Below, one piece after another: positions 37,846-51,129 of a DNA stretch of 64,000 bases. Made by a program: the position numbers and the translations under genes. Position 1 is the stretch's first letter. Every line of letters begins with the position of its first letter. The notes beneath the pieces were generated by a model. The model saw nothing but the letters and a program-made list of their open reading frames with translations. It was not told where the DNA came from and ran no database searches. This DNA is from Amoebidium appalachense. Lineage: Eukaryota; Protista; Ichthyosporea. The stretch is taken from assembly GCA_963693365.1 (NCBI GenBank), contig CAVNZM010000001.1, positions 14,680,418 through 14,744,417 of the forward strand, in the 5' to 3' direction.

Positions 37846-39229
37846 GTGTGATTATGCATGTCGTGGAGACTGTGTGGGACCCCTACCTCCAAAACGTGCT
37901 TTCGTCGTGTTTTCCGCGAGATTATTCTCCTACCGGCCTTCCTGGGGGCCTTCCTGGCGCTCTCGACGAAATTCGTGTGAAACGTGCCCTTCATGTCAGT
38001 TCGTGTGGTATGCTCGTGTCTTCATGATGTGCGTCTGGGAAGTGGATGTATTTTCACGGTGAAAAGGATGGGTCGAATGGATGGATACGAGTGAAGTATC
38101 TTAAAAAGGAGTAGAAAGGGTTTTGATGAAGATGGGTGGTTATATACTCGAGATAGATGGTTCATGGTGCTGGAAATATATGCTGTTGTTGGGAAATAGT
38201 TTTTTGAGAAATATCCTAGCATAAAAGCCGAGTCTAGATGTTGCTTTTACATAGATGTTGCTACTACTAGTAGTTAGTCTTTGTGTTCGTGGCATGTACG
38301 TTTGTTCGGCTGTAAAATGGGCAGTGGTGGGTGCGGGTAGGAGCGTATGTTGTGCTGTGTGCTGTGAGTGAGCGGGTGCTTGTGGAGTTGCGGTGTTGTG
38401 CGCGTGAGTACTGTGTTCTTCCTCTCCCTCCCTCCCTCTCCCTCACTCTCTATCTCTCTCTCTTTCGCGTGTGTGTGTGTGTGCGTGTGCGTTTGTGTGC
38501 AAACGTGTGTGTGTGAACATTTTAGGTGCTTTATAAACATGTCCCCCCACTCCCCGGTGGAGGGGAAAAAAAAAAAAAAAGTAAAAAAAAAAAAAAAAAA
38601 AAAGGAGGGGAGAACAAAATAAAAGATGATAAGAGAAAAATAGAAAATACCAAGAGGAAAAAAGAAAAAAAAAAAAAGAAAGGAAAAGAAAAGCAAATAT
38701 ACAAGTCAAAAGGGGGTTTCAGTAAGCAAAGAAACGAGTCACATAGGGGTTTCAGTAAGCAAAATGTTAGTGTTCTGGCTTGACTTTTGATCGCTCTTTT
38801 TGGTTCCTGGCCGTCGATTCGTACGAAAATGTAATTTCGGCATGTGTTGATACGACGGCAATCGGTTTGTGGATGTTGTGACAATGTGTCGGTGAGAGGA
38901 GGATCGACTTCGGTTTGGGTTTTCCGAGTAAGAGCGTGCAAGTAGTGCCCGAAAAGCTCTGGTTTTACGGATTCGGTATCATCTTCCGGGCTGCTGGAGA
39001 CAACTACCAAGGTTTCCCCCAGGTACTCTTTCATCTCATTTGCTTCCCCCCCCCCCCCCCCCCCCCTTTCCCCCTCCCCTTCCCCATCTCTCAACCCCCC
39101 CCCTCCCCCCCCCCCCTCCCCCCCCCTCCCTTGTGTGATCCCTCGATCCTTTCACTCCTCTCTGGGCTTGTTTGAAACCCCCTTCCCCTCCCCTCCCCCC
39201 CCCCCCCCCTCCCCTCCCCCCCTCCGTGC

Positions 39230-39619
39230 TGATGTACTTTGTACTCTGTTAAGTATTCTCACCTCCATCCCCACCCACCCACGCACAGGCCATGGATACT
39301 TCTGGACCTTTCTGGACTGCCAACACGTGGCACCACCCGCATGCACCAACCCTCCGCCCTGCCTGCTGCTGCTCTCAGCCCTCCACCTGTCCACCACTGC
39401 CTCTACCACAACACACACCAACACGGCAACAAAGCATCGAAACACCAACACGGCAACAAAGTATCGAACCACCAACACGGCAACAAAGCATCGAACCTCG
39501 GCATAACACAACACATCAAAGTTGCACCGCACACACATACACGCCCACAGACACGCACACACACATGCTTGCGTACACACAGCCACATGCACATGCACAT
39601 GCACACATCAACACACACA

Positions 39620-39652
<33 letters not shown>

Positions 39653-39683
39653 GCACACACACACGCGCACACATGCACGCACG

Positions 39684-39748
<65 letters not shown>

Positions 39749-41835
39749 ACACACAACCACACACATACACGGCAACGTCGACAACGTGTGAATCACCGGC
39801 AAATCGTCTCGATACCCACCACCAACGTGCGTGTCAGCCTCAACACAAGCTTGCCCATTAACATGCAACCAAGCTGAGCCCGACTCGATGCGATCCCACC
39901 TGGCCCGGCCGTTTATGCTGAGTTGAACCTGCAACCGTTTTGACCCGACCCGGCCCGACCTTGCCGACCGACCGGATGCGGTGTGCTTGCTCTGACCCGT
40001 AGCCGTGATCCCCACAGGTGCCACTGGTCTTCTCAAGTGGCTTGGAATGCCGCACTGTGAAAGGTATATATTCTCCCTCCCCCTCCTCCCCCTCTCCTTT
40101 TCCCCCGCAAACGCACGCACACACACCATGCGCACACACACACACACACAACCTCCCTCCCTCCCTCCCTTCCCCCCTTCCCCCCACCCCTCCCCCCTCC
40201 TCTCCAACCCTCCCCCCCTCCCTCCCTCCCTCCCTCCCTCCCTGCCCCCACTATCTCTTTTCGTTCCACCCCCACCCCCCGGCCCCCCACCTCTCCCCCC
40301 CCCCCCCCCTCCCTCCTCCCTTCTGCCCCTCACGTTACACAGAACCCACAACAAACACGCACACGCGCGCACGCGCACACGCGTGGGCACGCACACGCAC
40401 ATGCACACGCACACTCACATTCACTCTCGAACACACGTTCACACACACACACAAATGTGCACCTCTATCTTCTAAAAACACAAGAAATTATATACACAAA
40501 CATGCACACTTTGCATGCATGCAGGCACTATTTAATGAGCGCATTGAGGGCATGGGCTGGCGGTAAGTATCTCTCTTTCTCTATCCCCCTTCTGGTGGAT
40601 TCTGATTGGGTGTTTTGCAGGTGTGGAGATCGGCACGACTCTCAGCACTTACTGTGTGTTGCTATAAATGTTATCAGACATATACCACTATAACCACTGC
40701 TCTAACTATATATTGCTATAAATAGTATGAAATATACCACTATAGCTATTGCTCTAACTATATGTTGCGTTAAATAAAAAAAGATATACCACTATAACAA
40801 CTGCTGTATCTATATGTTGCTATAAAAAGTATGAAATATACCATTATAACCTCTGCTATAACTATGTTTCTGAAATAAATAGCATCCTATTTGTTGCTAT
40901 AAATAGTACTACTGTATTTATACCACTATAGCCATTGCTCTAACGATAGTCATTACTCTAACTATATCATATTCTATATATAGCATTGTTTCTATAATAG
41001 TACTACAGTATCTACCACTATAACCACTGTACTAACTACATATATGCTTTTATAAGTAGTAATAGACAGAAACGCTGGAACTATATATTGCTATGAATAG
41101 AGTATCAGATAGACAGTACCATATAGTTGTTCACGTGATTATATTGGTCCTGTATAAACTCACCAGTGTGTGCATGCTTTCTGTGTGCATTCTTCGTCTC
41201 CTTATATCTTATCTTGTGCATGATCACTTCTATGTTCTTATATCTACATTTTGCATCAGTACTTCTTCTACTTGAAAGACGGTTTTTTTAAATTAAAAAA
41301 AAGAAGATTCCGGCTTTCAACTATCTCTTTAGGATTTATCTTCTGAATGTATATCTGTTTCTCTGTGCACCATTATCAGCTCCAATACGTGTTTTTAAGT
41401 TTCACTATGACTATTGCTATCACCATTACGTCATGGCATGTTCACTATGCACCAATTTCGTCACCAACACGAGACATTATGCACCGCTGCATCACATCAC
41501 ATCAGTTACTTGTCTTGTTTTTTTTTTTTGAAGTCGTCTATCGTGTTGTGTTCTTTGGTTCATCTAACATGCATCCCCACCACCTACCACCACCACCATG
41601 CTAGCATTGCCCCAGCGTTGCTCTGTCAGCACTTGTGTGCTTTCAGTGTGTTCCATGTGGCTTCTTGCAGCGCGCAGTACCGTGTGCAGTGTGCACCGAG
41701 TACCTGTGGCCGTGCAGTACCTCTTGCACGTGTGCACAAAGTACATGCGGCCCTTTTGATTGGCTGGTGCTTGTGCGTCCCCGCCGTCGTTGCGTGCGGG
41801 GTAGCTTTTCACCCACCAAAGAAAACCGTCTGCTG
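39230..41835 (+). repeat. Segmental duplication block A-B, copy 2
   Basis: Shared anchors with copy 1 include ggccatggatacttctggacctttctggactgcc, gcactgtgaaaggtatat, ggcggtaagtatctctc...gcaggtgtggagatcggcacgac and catgctagcattgccccagcgttgctc. Confidence 0.88.
40650..41100. repeat. AT-rich degenerate minisatellite, unit about 52 bp
   Basis: Recurring tataccactataaccactgctctaactatat-ttgctataaatagta. Confidence 0.8.
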
Positions 41836-42451
41836 AGCCGAGATAGTGCTTGTCAGCACTTCGGTCACAAAACCCTCCCCTCCCCCCCCCCCCCCCCCCC
41901 CCCCCTCCCCCCCTCCCCCCCCCCCCCCTCCCCCCCCTCCCCCCCCCCCCCCCCCCCCCCCCCCCAGCAGGGTCCTCCCACGGTCTATGGGAGAAGCAAC
42001 AAACCATCCACTCCGACCTCAAACCGCACCAGGGCCCATCAAGTCATGAGTTAACGAATCGCCCTGAGTCGGCGAGCCCCCCTCCTGCCCCCTCCTCTCC
42101 CTCCCCCCTCCCCCCCTCCCCCCCCCTTCTTCTTCTCCCCCCTCATTCCTCCCCCCCTCCCCCCCCCCCCCCCCCCCCCCGCCCCCCGCCCCCGAACCTC
42201 CTCCCCCCCCCCTTCGGCCCCACCCCACCACACCCCCACCCACCCACACACACACACACACACCTGCCCACACAGCAAACATAAACACCGGTCCACTCCC
42301 TCTCCTCTCCTAGTGTGTACTATGTGTCTGCAATGGTAAGTCGTCAGCTCTGTGGTTTTGCCTCCATCTTTGTTGTGTCCTGCGCCTCCCCCCTCCCCTT
42401 CCCCCCCCCCCCCCCCCCCTGCCCCCCGACACGCACACACACCGCACACCT

Positions 42452-42488
<37 letters not shown>

Positions 42489-43152
42489 CCGGCCCCCCTC
42501 TTCCAAACACACCAAAAAAAGAAAGCAACGAAAAAAAAAAACAGAGGAAGAAGAACTGCAAGAAGTAAATAACAGAAAGAACACACGCAGATTCTGAAGG
42601 CGACGGGGGCAAGAGAGAGAGGGGGGGGGGGGGGGGGGGTTGCAGGATATTCGATGTGTTCTGGGCAGTATGCTTTCAATGTGACATCGACAGGGCCCAA
42701 ACGCAAAAAGAGCACCCATACGATATAATTAATGATTGTAATAAAACAATAATTGAAGTAGGAATATTCCTACTTATTTTATTGTTTTTTTTTAATTCCT
42801 ACTTTTCTTGTAGTTTTTTATACATGTGCCACCGCGTGTGCAACACCGTTTACACACCGTCACGACAATTAAATGTAGATGTGCTCATTACTCGCATATA
42901 AGTATCTGTTGTAGTGTGCGATGGGAGTCTGTGTATTCTCCGTAATTGTGAATGCCAAAACCTGCCTGCTGCCAGGACCACAAATATGTCTTTGCATTTG
43001 CCTCAGCGGATCATTAGGGTTAAATTGCCATCTCAGTAGGGTACCCAAGCATGTACTTGAGTATAGTTTGCATGGGGCTAAGTGCAAAAAAAATGACCCG
43101 GGAGCGCAGGTTGCTATTGTTGTTTTTCCAAGGGGGTTTTTTTTTTTTTTTT

Positions 43153-43183
<31 letters not shown>

Positions 43184-43483
43184 GGGGGAAGGGGGGGAGG
43201 GAGGGGGGGGGAGGGGGGGGGGGGGGGGGGGGGGGGTGTCGGGTGTGTGTGTTAGTGCGCACCCACATGCGTGCACGCACACACGTGCGTCTGTGTGTGT
43301 GCCTGCCTCTGTGTGTGAGTGTGTGTGCATGTGCGAGCACGCGCCTGTGTGTGCACATGTGTGTGTGTGTGGATGAGTGGCGTGTGTGTGTGTGTGTGTG
43401 GTGGCCATTGGCCGCAGGAAGGGGTGGGGGAGAACGTTTTTGGGGAGGGGGGAGGGGGCGGGGTTGTAGTCAATTCCGGGGGG

Positions 43484-43514
<31 letters not shown>

Positions 43515-43605
43515 TACGTGTATGTGTGTGTTTAAGTGCGCACGCATGTGGGTGCCCGCGCAAGCGTGCGTGTGTGTGTGTGCGCACGCCTGTGTGATGC
43601 ACATG

Positions 43606-43663
<58 letters not shown>

Positions 43664-43939
43664 ACGGCCATTAATATTGGCCGCGGGAAGGGGTGGGGGA
43701 GAACGTTTTTCGGGAGGGGGGAGCGGGGGGGGGGGGGGGGGGGGGGAGGAGGAGGGGGTTGTAGTCGATTCGGGGGGGGGGGGGGGGGGGGGGGGGGGGA
43801 TAAATCCTGAGCATCATATTGCTGACATCAACGAACCACTGCAGGGCTGGTGGTCTGTAGCCACCACGCGGCACCTTTGGGCAGCAGGGATATGACGGTG
43901 CAGCCATGGGATTGCTTTTATTCGATTGCATATGAATAT

Positions 43940-44320
43940 CTTGGGCCATTAGATAGCCGATGGATAACTTGGTGTGTTGGATACTCATTGATATCATGGT
44001 GTAATCGAATAGCCCATCACAAAAGGTGTTGGTGTGTTGGATAGCCAATGGATAATTTGGTGTGTTGGATATTCAATAGATATCTAGTTGGTGTATTTGA
44101 AAACGAAATGGCCAATGTATATTTTGGTGTGTCGAAGAGCGAATGGTAAGTATTAAGAGTCGTGGTGTATTGGATAGCCAATGGATATTTTGGTGTGCTG
44201 GATAATCAATAGATATCTGGGTCTATCGCATAGCGGATGGGGACCGTTATCTATTGCATATAGGTATCATGGCACACGTGTATGGGATAGCAAACAATAT
44301 GCTTGTGGATAGCCAATGGA
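43940..44320. repeat. Degenerate minisatellite, unit about 28-30 bp
   Basis: Recurring ttggatagccaatggata-tttggtgtg. Confidence 0.75.
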
Positions 44321-44387
44321 TTTTCTTAAGGTGGCCCTAATTCAGGACTCGGTGGTGTGTGTGCGGAGAGTGTGTGTGTGTGCGCGT

Positions 44388-44495
44388 GCGCGTATGATGC
44401 ACGTGCGTACGCGTATGATGCACGTGCGTATGCGTATGATGCACGTGCGTGTGTGTATGATGCACGTGCGTGTGCGTATGATGCACGTGCGTGCG
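44388..44495. repeat. 21-bp tandem repeat, five copies
   Basis: gcgtatgatgcacgtgcgt(gt/ac/at) repeated. Confidence 0.85.
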
Positions 44496-45116
44496 CGTGC
44501 CCGTGTGCCACTGGTGTGGTGCTTCACGTAGGTTCACATGTGCATGCTCACAATGTGAGCCTGTACCTGTGATACATCATGTGTAGGTGCGAGCTGTGTG
44601 CGTGTGTGTGTGCGTGCGTGTGTGGGTGCGTGTGTGTGTACATGTGTGCGTGCACACTGTGTAGATGTTTTTATTAAGGTCTGTGATTGGAGCCGGCTAG
44701 TCAACTCATATATGCCCATCATGTAGCATGGGATCCCGCAAACGTCTAATAAGGTTCAGTATATCTCAGGCCAAAATATTGAAAGATAATTCTTTAGTAT
44801 ATCTTTTAGTAGGAGGGGGGGGGGGGAAGAGGGGGGGAAGGAGGGGATTTGGGAGGAAAGCATAATCAATCACTGTACGCGTGAGGCCTCAATAAGTCAA
44901 TTGGTAAATTGCAAATTGCCTCCTATCCCCGCCCCCCCCTACCCCCTCCCCTCCGCCCCACCGCCCCCCTCCCCCTCCCCTCCTCCCCACCCTCCCCCTT
45001 CCCTGCCGGTACCACCACCACCACCTTTTTTGTAAGTTCAAGACCTTTTCTGTCCTTGTTTGTTCTGTCTCTCCCCCTCCCCCCCCCCCCCCCCCCTCCC
45101 CCCCCCCCCCCCCCCC

Positions 45117-45164
<48 letters not shown>

Positions 45165-45459
45165 AAAAAAAAAGAAAGAAAGAAAAGAAAAGAAAAGAAA
45201 AGGAAAAAAGAAAAAAGGAAAAAGGGAAAGAAAGAAAGAAAAGAAAAAGAAAAATAAAAAACAATCCTGCCCTCCCACCCCTCCCCCACCTCCCCCCCCC
45301 CCCCCCCCCCCCCTCCCCCCTTCCCCTCCCTGAAATATAATGTCTTTGCCTGCTTTTGTTTATCTTTTCTTTTCTTTTTCTTCGTTGTTTTTTCTTCCCT
45401 TTCTTTTTTTCGTGTGTGTGTGTGGGTGGGTGGGTGGGGAAGGGGTGGGGTGAGTGTGT

Positions 45460-45490
<31 letters not shown>

Positions 45491-45908
45491 GGGGGAGGGA
45501 GGGGGGGGTTAGTTTCGTGTGAAAAAAAAACAAAATCATATCTCCACATATGATGTCTATTTGATACGTTATATCTCCACTTAAAATTTGTATGATGTAA
45601 GTGCAACACCGATTTTATTACATGTATATTTTGTTGGGTGGAAGTACTGTTGGCCTGGGTGCCGACAACTCATCACAGCTCACCTACATGTCGTTAATAA
45701 ACAGCACATTCCCCTAACCGAGCTGTGAGGAGTGAATTTGTGGGTTCGATTGTAATGACGCAGGTACAAAGGAGTGATGTAAAAAGCGTGTTCGTGCATT
45801 CGTGTGCACGTAGTTTGTGATTTGCCTTTTGCATGTAAATATTTCCAACGGTTGTCATAATGGGAGCAATAAATAGACCTTTGCTTGTGTGTGGACGATG
45901 GGTTACGG

Positions 45909-45954
<46 letters not shown>

Positions 45955-46011
45955 GCGTGCGTGCGTGCATGCGTGCGTGTGTGCGTGTGTGTGCGTGCGT
46001 GTGTGTGCGTG

Positions 46012-46059
<48 letters not shown>

Positions 46060-46075
46060 CCCGTGTGCGCGCGCC

Positions 46076-46120
<45 letters not shown>

Positions 46121-46758
46121 ACATGTCTGTGTGTGTGTGTCTGTGTGTGCGCGTGTGTATTACATGTGCGCAAAGTACCCAGGGAGAGTGCATTTAGTGT
46201 GCAACACACGTTCTCTGTTAAACGATGACTGTGTGTGCTTCGAAGCTTCAGTGTGTTTTAGGCATGTTGTGTTCGTGGATACGGATGGCCTCACCATCAG
46301 CTCTCTGTACAGAAGCACTATGGTAGGGATCGTAGTATATACTGAGGAGTGTATGTGGTTCACGTGTGTATCATTGTGTATGTGTGTGGGGGGGGGGGGG
46401 AGGGGGGGGGGGGGGGATCGCCGTAAGTTATGCAGTTTAATATACTTTGGTGGAAACAGGCACAGCAGAGTTGTGATGGTGGTGACAGAAACATAGGCAC
46501 AGTGATGGAGGGGAGTGGACGGTTGGGGGGTAGTTGGGGAGCAACGAACTTCAACGGAGGAGGGCTTGTGGTGTGGTGTTGGGCGGGGGGGGAGGGGGGA
46601 GGGGGGAGATCGGTGTATGATCGGTTTTCAATGGAGATGTAGGTGTGACTTGGGGTGGAGGGGCGGTGAGGAGCAGGGGGCCGGGGGAGAGGCCGGGTAC
46701 GGAATATGGAGACGATGGGAGAGAGCATAAGGGGACCCGGGGGGAGAGGGGGGAGGGG

Positions 46759-46792
<34 letters not shown>

Positions 46793-46958
46793 GGAGCGAT
46801 GGGAGGTGGGCAGTGAGAAGGTGCCGCACGGGAGATGGTGGGGGGGGGGGGGTAGGGTGTGGAAGTTGGTATGCTCGTAGGTTTTATGGGTGTTTTTGTT
46901 GATGGGCATGGTTGTACGTGTGTGTGTGTGTGTGTGTGAGGGGGTGGGAGGCGGGGGG

Positions 46959-46998
<40 letters not shown>

Positions 46999-47115
46999 AA
47001 GGGGAGGGGGGAGGGGAGAAATGAAGAAGGATGAGAGCAGGCAGGAGAACACATAAGTGCACCTGTGTATGACGGGTGCAGCATGTATTGACAGTGTGTA
47101 TGCGCAAGTGTGTAT

Positions 47116-47146
<31 letters not shown>

Positions 47147-47995
47147 GGGGGGAGGGGGGGGAGGGGGGGGGGAGGGGGGGGGGAGGGGAGGGGGGGAGGG
47201 GGGGGAGGGGGAGGGGGAGGAGGGGGGGGGGGGGGGAGGTAAACTCACCTGCATGAGACAGTATCTAGGGAGGACGGAGAAGCCGAGTGTGGAGGTGCTG
47301 GGTCTCAAAATGTTTTTGAATACAGTTGTTGAATATTTACCTAAATATACTCATGTTTTGGCTATATGTGTGTCGCATGAAAGCAATATGGAGTAAACCG
47401 TTTCACAATCATTATGAAAAACCGGAAAGTGGGTCATATTGGCGGTAACAAAAACTTTGTGTGGTTGGACGTTGGTGTACGGAGGCATGAACTGCAAAAA
47501 AAGGCAGTAGTATGAGGAGTAACAGGAGGTGAAAGAGGAGGGAAGGATGGGGGTAGGTAGATGGGTGGGTGGGATCTCGTGTGCTGTGCTGTGTGCATCT
47601 TTCACCATAAATGGGAATATTTATTAATATGTAGTGCCGAATCATTGAGACTAGTCTACATGTTGGGACGAGATATGTAATAAGAACCGTGATAGGTGAA
47701 ATTTTGATTATGGATATCGAAATGTTAACTGGGTAGTTTGGCTTCTCTCTGCCAAAGAGCATTAAGATATTACATCGGAATTTTTGCGGTATTACTGCCA
47801 GAGCTATCGTATGACATTGCAAATTGAAAATTTCATATTACTGCAGTTTCAAATTCAAACCAAGTCAAGTTTCACCTTAAAGCTAGCGGCTAAATAAAAA
47901 TCGATAATGCCGATCAATTATGTATCTTAAAAATACGGGAAAAAGAACGTCAAAACATTAAATCTGAATAAGTAAGCGGCAATATCTTTCACTAT

Positions 47996-49272
47996 CTACA
48001 AAGCACACTGGGCCACCTTAGCCTCCCACTCTTTGCTCCCCTCCCCCTTGGTGCAGTGATCGCAGCTACCCGTCTTCCCGCATTCCGCATTCTTCCTACA
48101 TCAATCCCTCGCCTCCTTCACGCACCGCGCCCTGGGGGTAAGCATCTCATTGGACGCCGACTGAAGCGCGTTAGCAACGCAGATCTTCACCGCATCCTTC
48201 CATGGCTGACTGCTTTTTCCCTCCGTGCACATAGGGCATGAGCTGGTTAGAGCACATCCTTGTGGTGCATTCTCCTCGCACCATTTCCCCAAGGACTTCT
48301 CGCACGTTGACTTCGCCACGTCGGTGGCCACCTGAGCCGGGTCGATGCTCTTTTCCTGTGTGTTTTCTTTTTTGGAGTTGCGGTTTGCGACACATTGAGC
48401 CACCACCTGTTTGTATTCGTCGCTGTTGGGGCCACGTGTGCACTTGGGGCATCCATTGTTGATGGCGCAGCCCTGGGGGGCTTTCTCACGGCACCAGTTA
48501 TCGACTTCCTTGGCACATGAGGTCTCAACATTCTCGGTGCTTGCCGCAAAGTTTTTCTGTGGGGTGATACTATTAGGTGCCTTTGCGCTCTGTGCGGTGT
48601 TTTCGGAAACACACTTGTCAACCGCCTGTTTGTACTCGTCGCTGTTCTTGCCTTTTGTGCACTTGGGGCATTGGTTGATGAGTCTGCAGTCAGAGTTCTC
48701 TTTGCACCACTTGTCTACCTTCTTGGCACAAACCGCATATGCAGAGTTTTCAGGAGCCGCGGCCGGCGGTTTGGTAGCGGTAGTTGTCGGTGTGTGCTCT
48801 TGCGGGACCACAGGTGTCTCGCTTTGTTTGTTGCGTTTTGACACACAGTCGTTCACGGCTTGTGTAAATTCGTTGCTGTTTTCCCCCTTAGTGCACTTGG
48901 GACACTGGTTGGTGAGTGCACATCCCTGCAGGGGGCGTTTTCACGGCACCAGGCCCTGATTTCCTTTGCACACGACGTACGGACAGAGTTGTCAGCGCTA
49001 GGGGTGTCTTCACTGTTAGCGGTGTTGACCAACTTTACAGAGCGGCCTTCGGGTGTGAACCCCTCCTCACACTTTCTCACAGCGGTGTTCCAATGTTTGC
49101 TTCCTGGCCCATAGTAGCATGCCGGGCACGACATTGTGCGGGTGCAGTGGTCTGCATTTTGACGGCAGAAGTCGGCTACTTGTGTCTCGCATGATGTGGC
49201 GCGGGTGCTACGTGCACTGGTGTGCGTGGAAATCACGGCCAGACAGGCAGTGGTGATGGTTACCAGATTCAT
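47996..49272 (-). pseudogene. Intronless gene for a predicted secreted protein with six 6-Cys repeats (about 425 codons), disrupted by a frameshift near 48931 and an in-frame TGA at 48101-48103. It may be a pseudogene, a recoded gene, or contain assembly errors.
   Basis: ATG at 49272 with a hydrophobic leader MNLVTITTACLAVISTHTSA. Repeat pattern C-x7-C-x5/7-C-x5-C-x2-C-x2-G-x2-S-x2-[WYF]-x3-V-x2-C occurs six times. Repeat 2 crosses the frameshift (RENAP/QGCALTNQCPKC). Repeat 6 crosses the TGA (CVKEARD*CRKNAECGKTGSCDHCTKGEGSKEWEAKVAQCAL, TAG at 47996). Confidence 0.85.
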
Positions 49273-49479
49273 TTTCCACGTGTGTGTGTGTGTGTGTGTG
49301 TGTGTTATCAGTACGTGGAGTGTGTTCAAGTGTCGAGTGTACACAAGTTAGTACTGTCGATGTGATAGATAGGACTGATATCGACTTAGTTCAATTCAAA
49401 CACACAATCGGCTGCTTAACACAAGGGACTCAGAGTCAGGTCAAACAACCGGAATGTGGCCAAAACACACGTAGACGGG

Positions 49480-49487
49480 TTTATATA
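49480..49487 (-). promoter_or_regulatory. Candidate TATA box of the Cys-repeat gene
   Basis: TATATAAA on the minus strand, about 210 nt upstream of the ATG at 49272. Confidence 0.4.
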
Positions 49488-50497
49488 GCCGCACGAGACC
49501 CAGCAGAGCCCACACGCCCTCAGTGATTCGTGCGTCCCGTTACCAGTGCCTCCCAAAAGGCGGCAGGCGTTCGCACTCGTCACCGGAATGTGAACTTGAT
49601 AAATTCCGGCATTGCGATTGGTCCAAAAATGCTCCCTGGACTTTTTTTTATTCCTCGTTGTTTTTTCTTCTCCTTGACAAGAATCCGCCTTCAGTTTGAA
49701 AGGGCTGGGCGTTGTGTGTGTTTTCGACACATGACAGTTTAAAATCGTTCAGTGGCCACATTATGCATGCTTTCTCACAAGAAATCTTTTGTATCCTACG
49801 GCTTTCACATGATGTGCTTATGTACGGCAGCACGGTGAATCGTCGGTGATAACCAAAACTGCGGTTGGCCCGCGGCCCCTGCCGCCGCCCGCGGCCGCGG
49901 CGTCTGGCCGCGTCGCCCGGGCGCCTAAGGGTACCCAGATGCGCAAGCTGGCGAACGCGTGTTGATGGTGGTCATCTATTTTCCGTGTATTCCCGTGACC
50001 TTCAGAAGTAAAACAAAATTAAACATAGGCTGGGCAATACATATTAGTTGTAGTTGTTGTGTACATTGCTCTGGATATGATCTCTCACAGTGTACATGTG
50101 TCAGCAGATTCTCCGGAATTTCTCCCCGGAGGATAAAAAGTTGCATTCCTTGTGGCCCTTGCCCAATCACGTGAACGCAATTTGCAATCATGAAAATACT
50201 GATAGAATCATAGTAGCCGGCGAAGTATGTCCGGTTAAACCGAATGGCAAAACTTATCCATGACAAAGAGCAAATCAAACGCTGACTTCAGACCGCAGTG
50301 ACTGACTGACTGACTGTCTGCCAGAGCGGGACCGCTGCAACTGGCCTTCCAGCCTTGGAAAGGCACCAACAGTCAAGTGTGGGGTAGAAAATGCATTAGG
50401 AGAGCACACCGTAAGCTCACCATAGTGGGTAAATACTTATTCGTGGCCGCTCATTCGATGGTTGATGGCTGCCGGTAGTTCATTCATTATGAAGGCC

Positions 50498-50530
<33 letters not shown>

Positions 50531-50729
50531 CGGATAATAAGACTTGCGCATGGCTCACAGTCACAGCCAGTGATTGATTTACAGTGACCCTTGACCATCG
50601 CAGCGAGACCGGTACACGGTCTATCTTCGTCTACGCGCCGTATGCAGTGCGCTGTCACAGTATACGCAGACGGTCCGATGTGCAGCACTCTCACTAGCTA
50701 GGCTTTCAAGTTGAAATTTGAGGGGGGAA

Positions 50730-50766
<37 letters not shown>

Positions 50767-50955
50767 AGCGCTGCAGGTGGTAGTAGTGGCCATGGTGGTG
50801 GTGGTGGTGGTGGTGGTGGTGGTGGACCACTGGTGCTGGTGGTGGTGGTGGGGGGGGGGGGGGGGGGAGGGGGGGGGGGGGGCGGATCTAAAACCGGGAG
50901 CCCGAAAGGAGTAAGAAAGAGAGAGAGGGGGGAGGGGGGGAGGGGGGGGGGGGGG

Positions 50956-51057
<102 letters not shown>

Positions 51058-51088
51058 AGAGAGTAGAGAGAGAGAGACAGATCTGATC

Positions 51089-51129
<41 letters not shown>

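Noticed and set aside
48101-48103. In-frame TGA as selenocysteine or as evidence of a UGA=Trp nuclear code
   Set aside because: It aligns with Trp rather than Cys. The same gene uses TGG for Trp, and the carboxypeptidase ends in TGA at its expected C-terminus. I did not identify a SECIS element.
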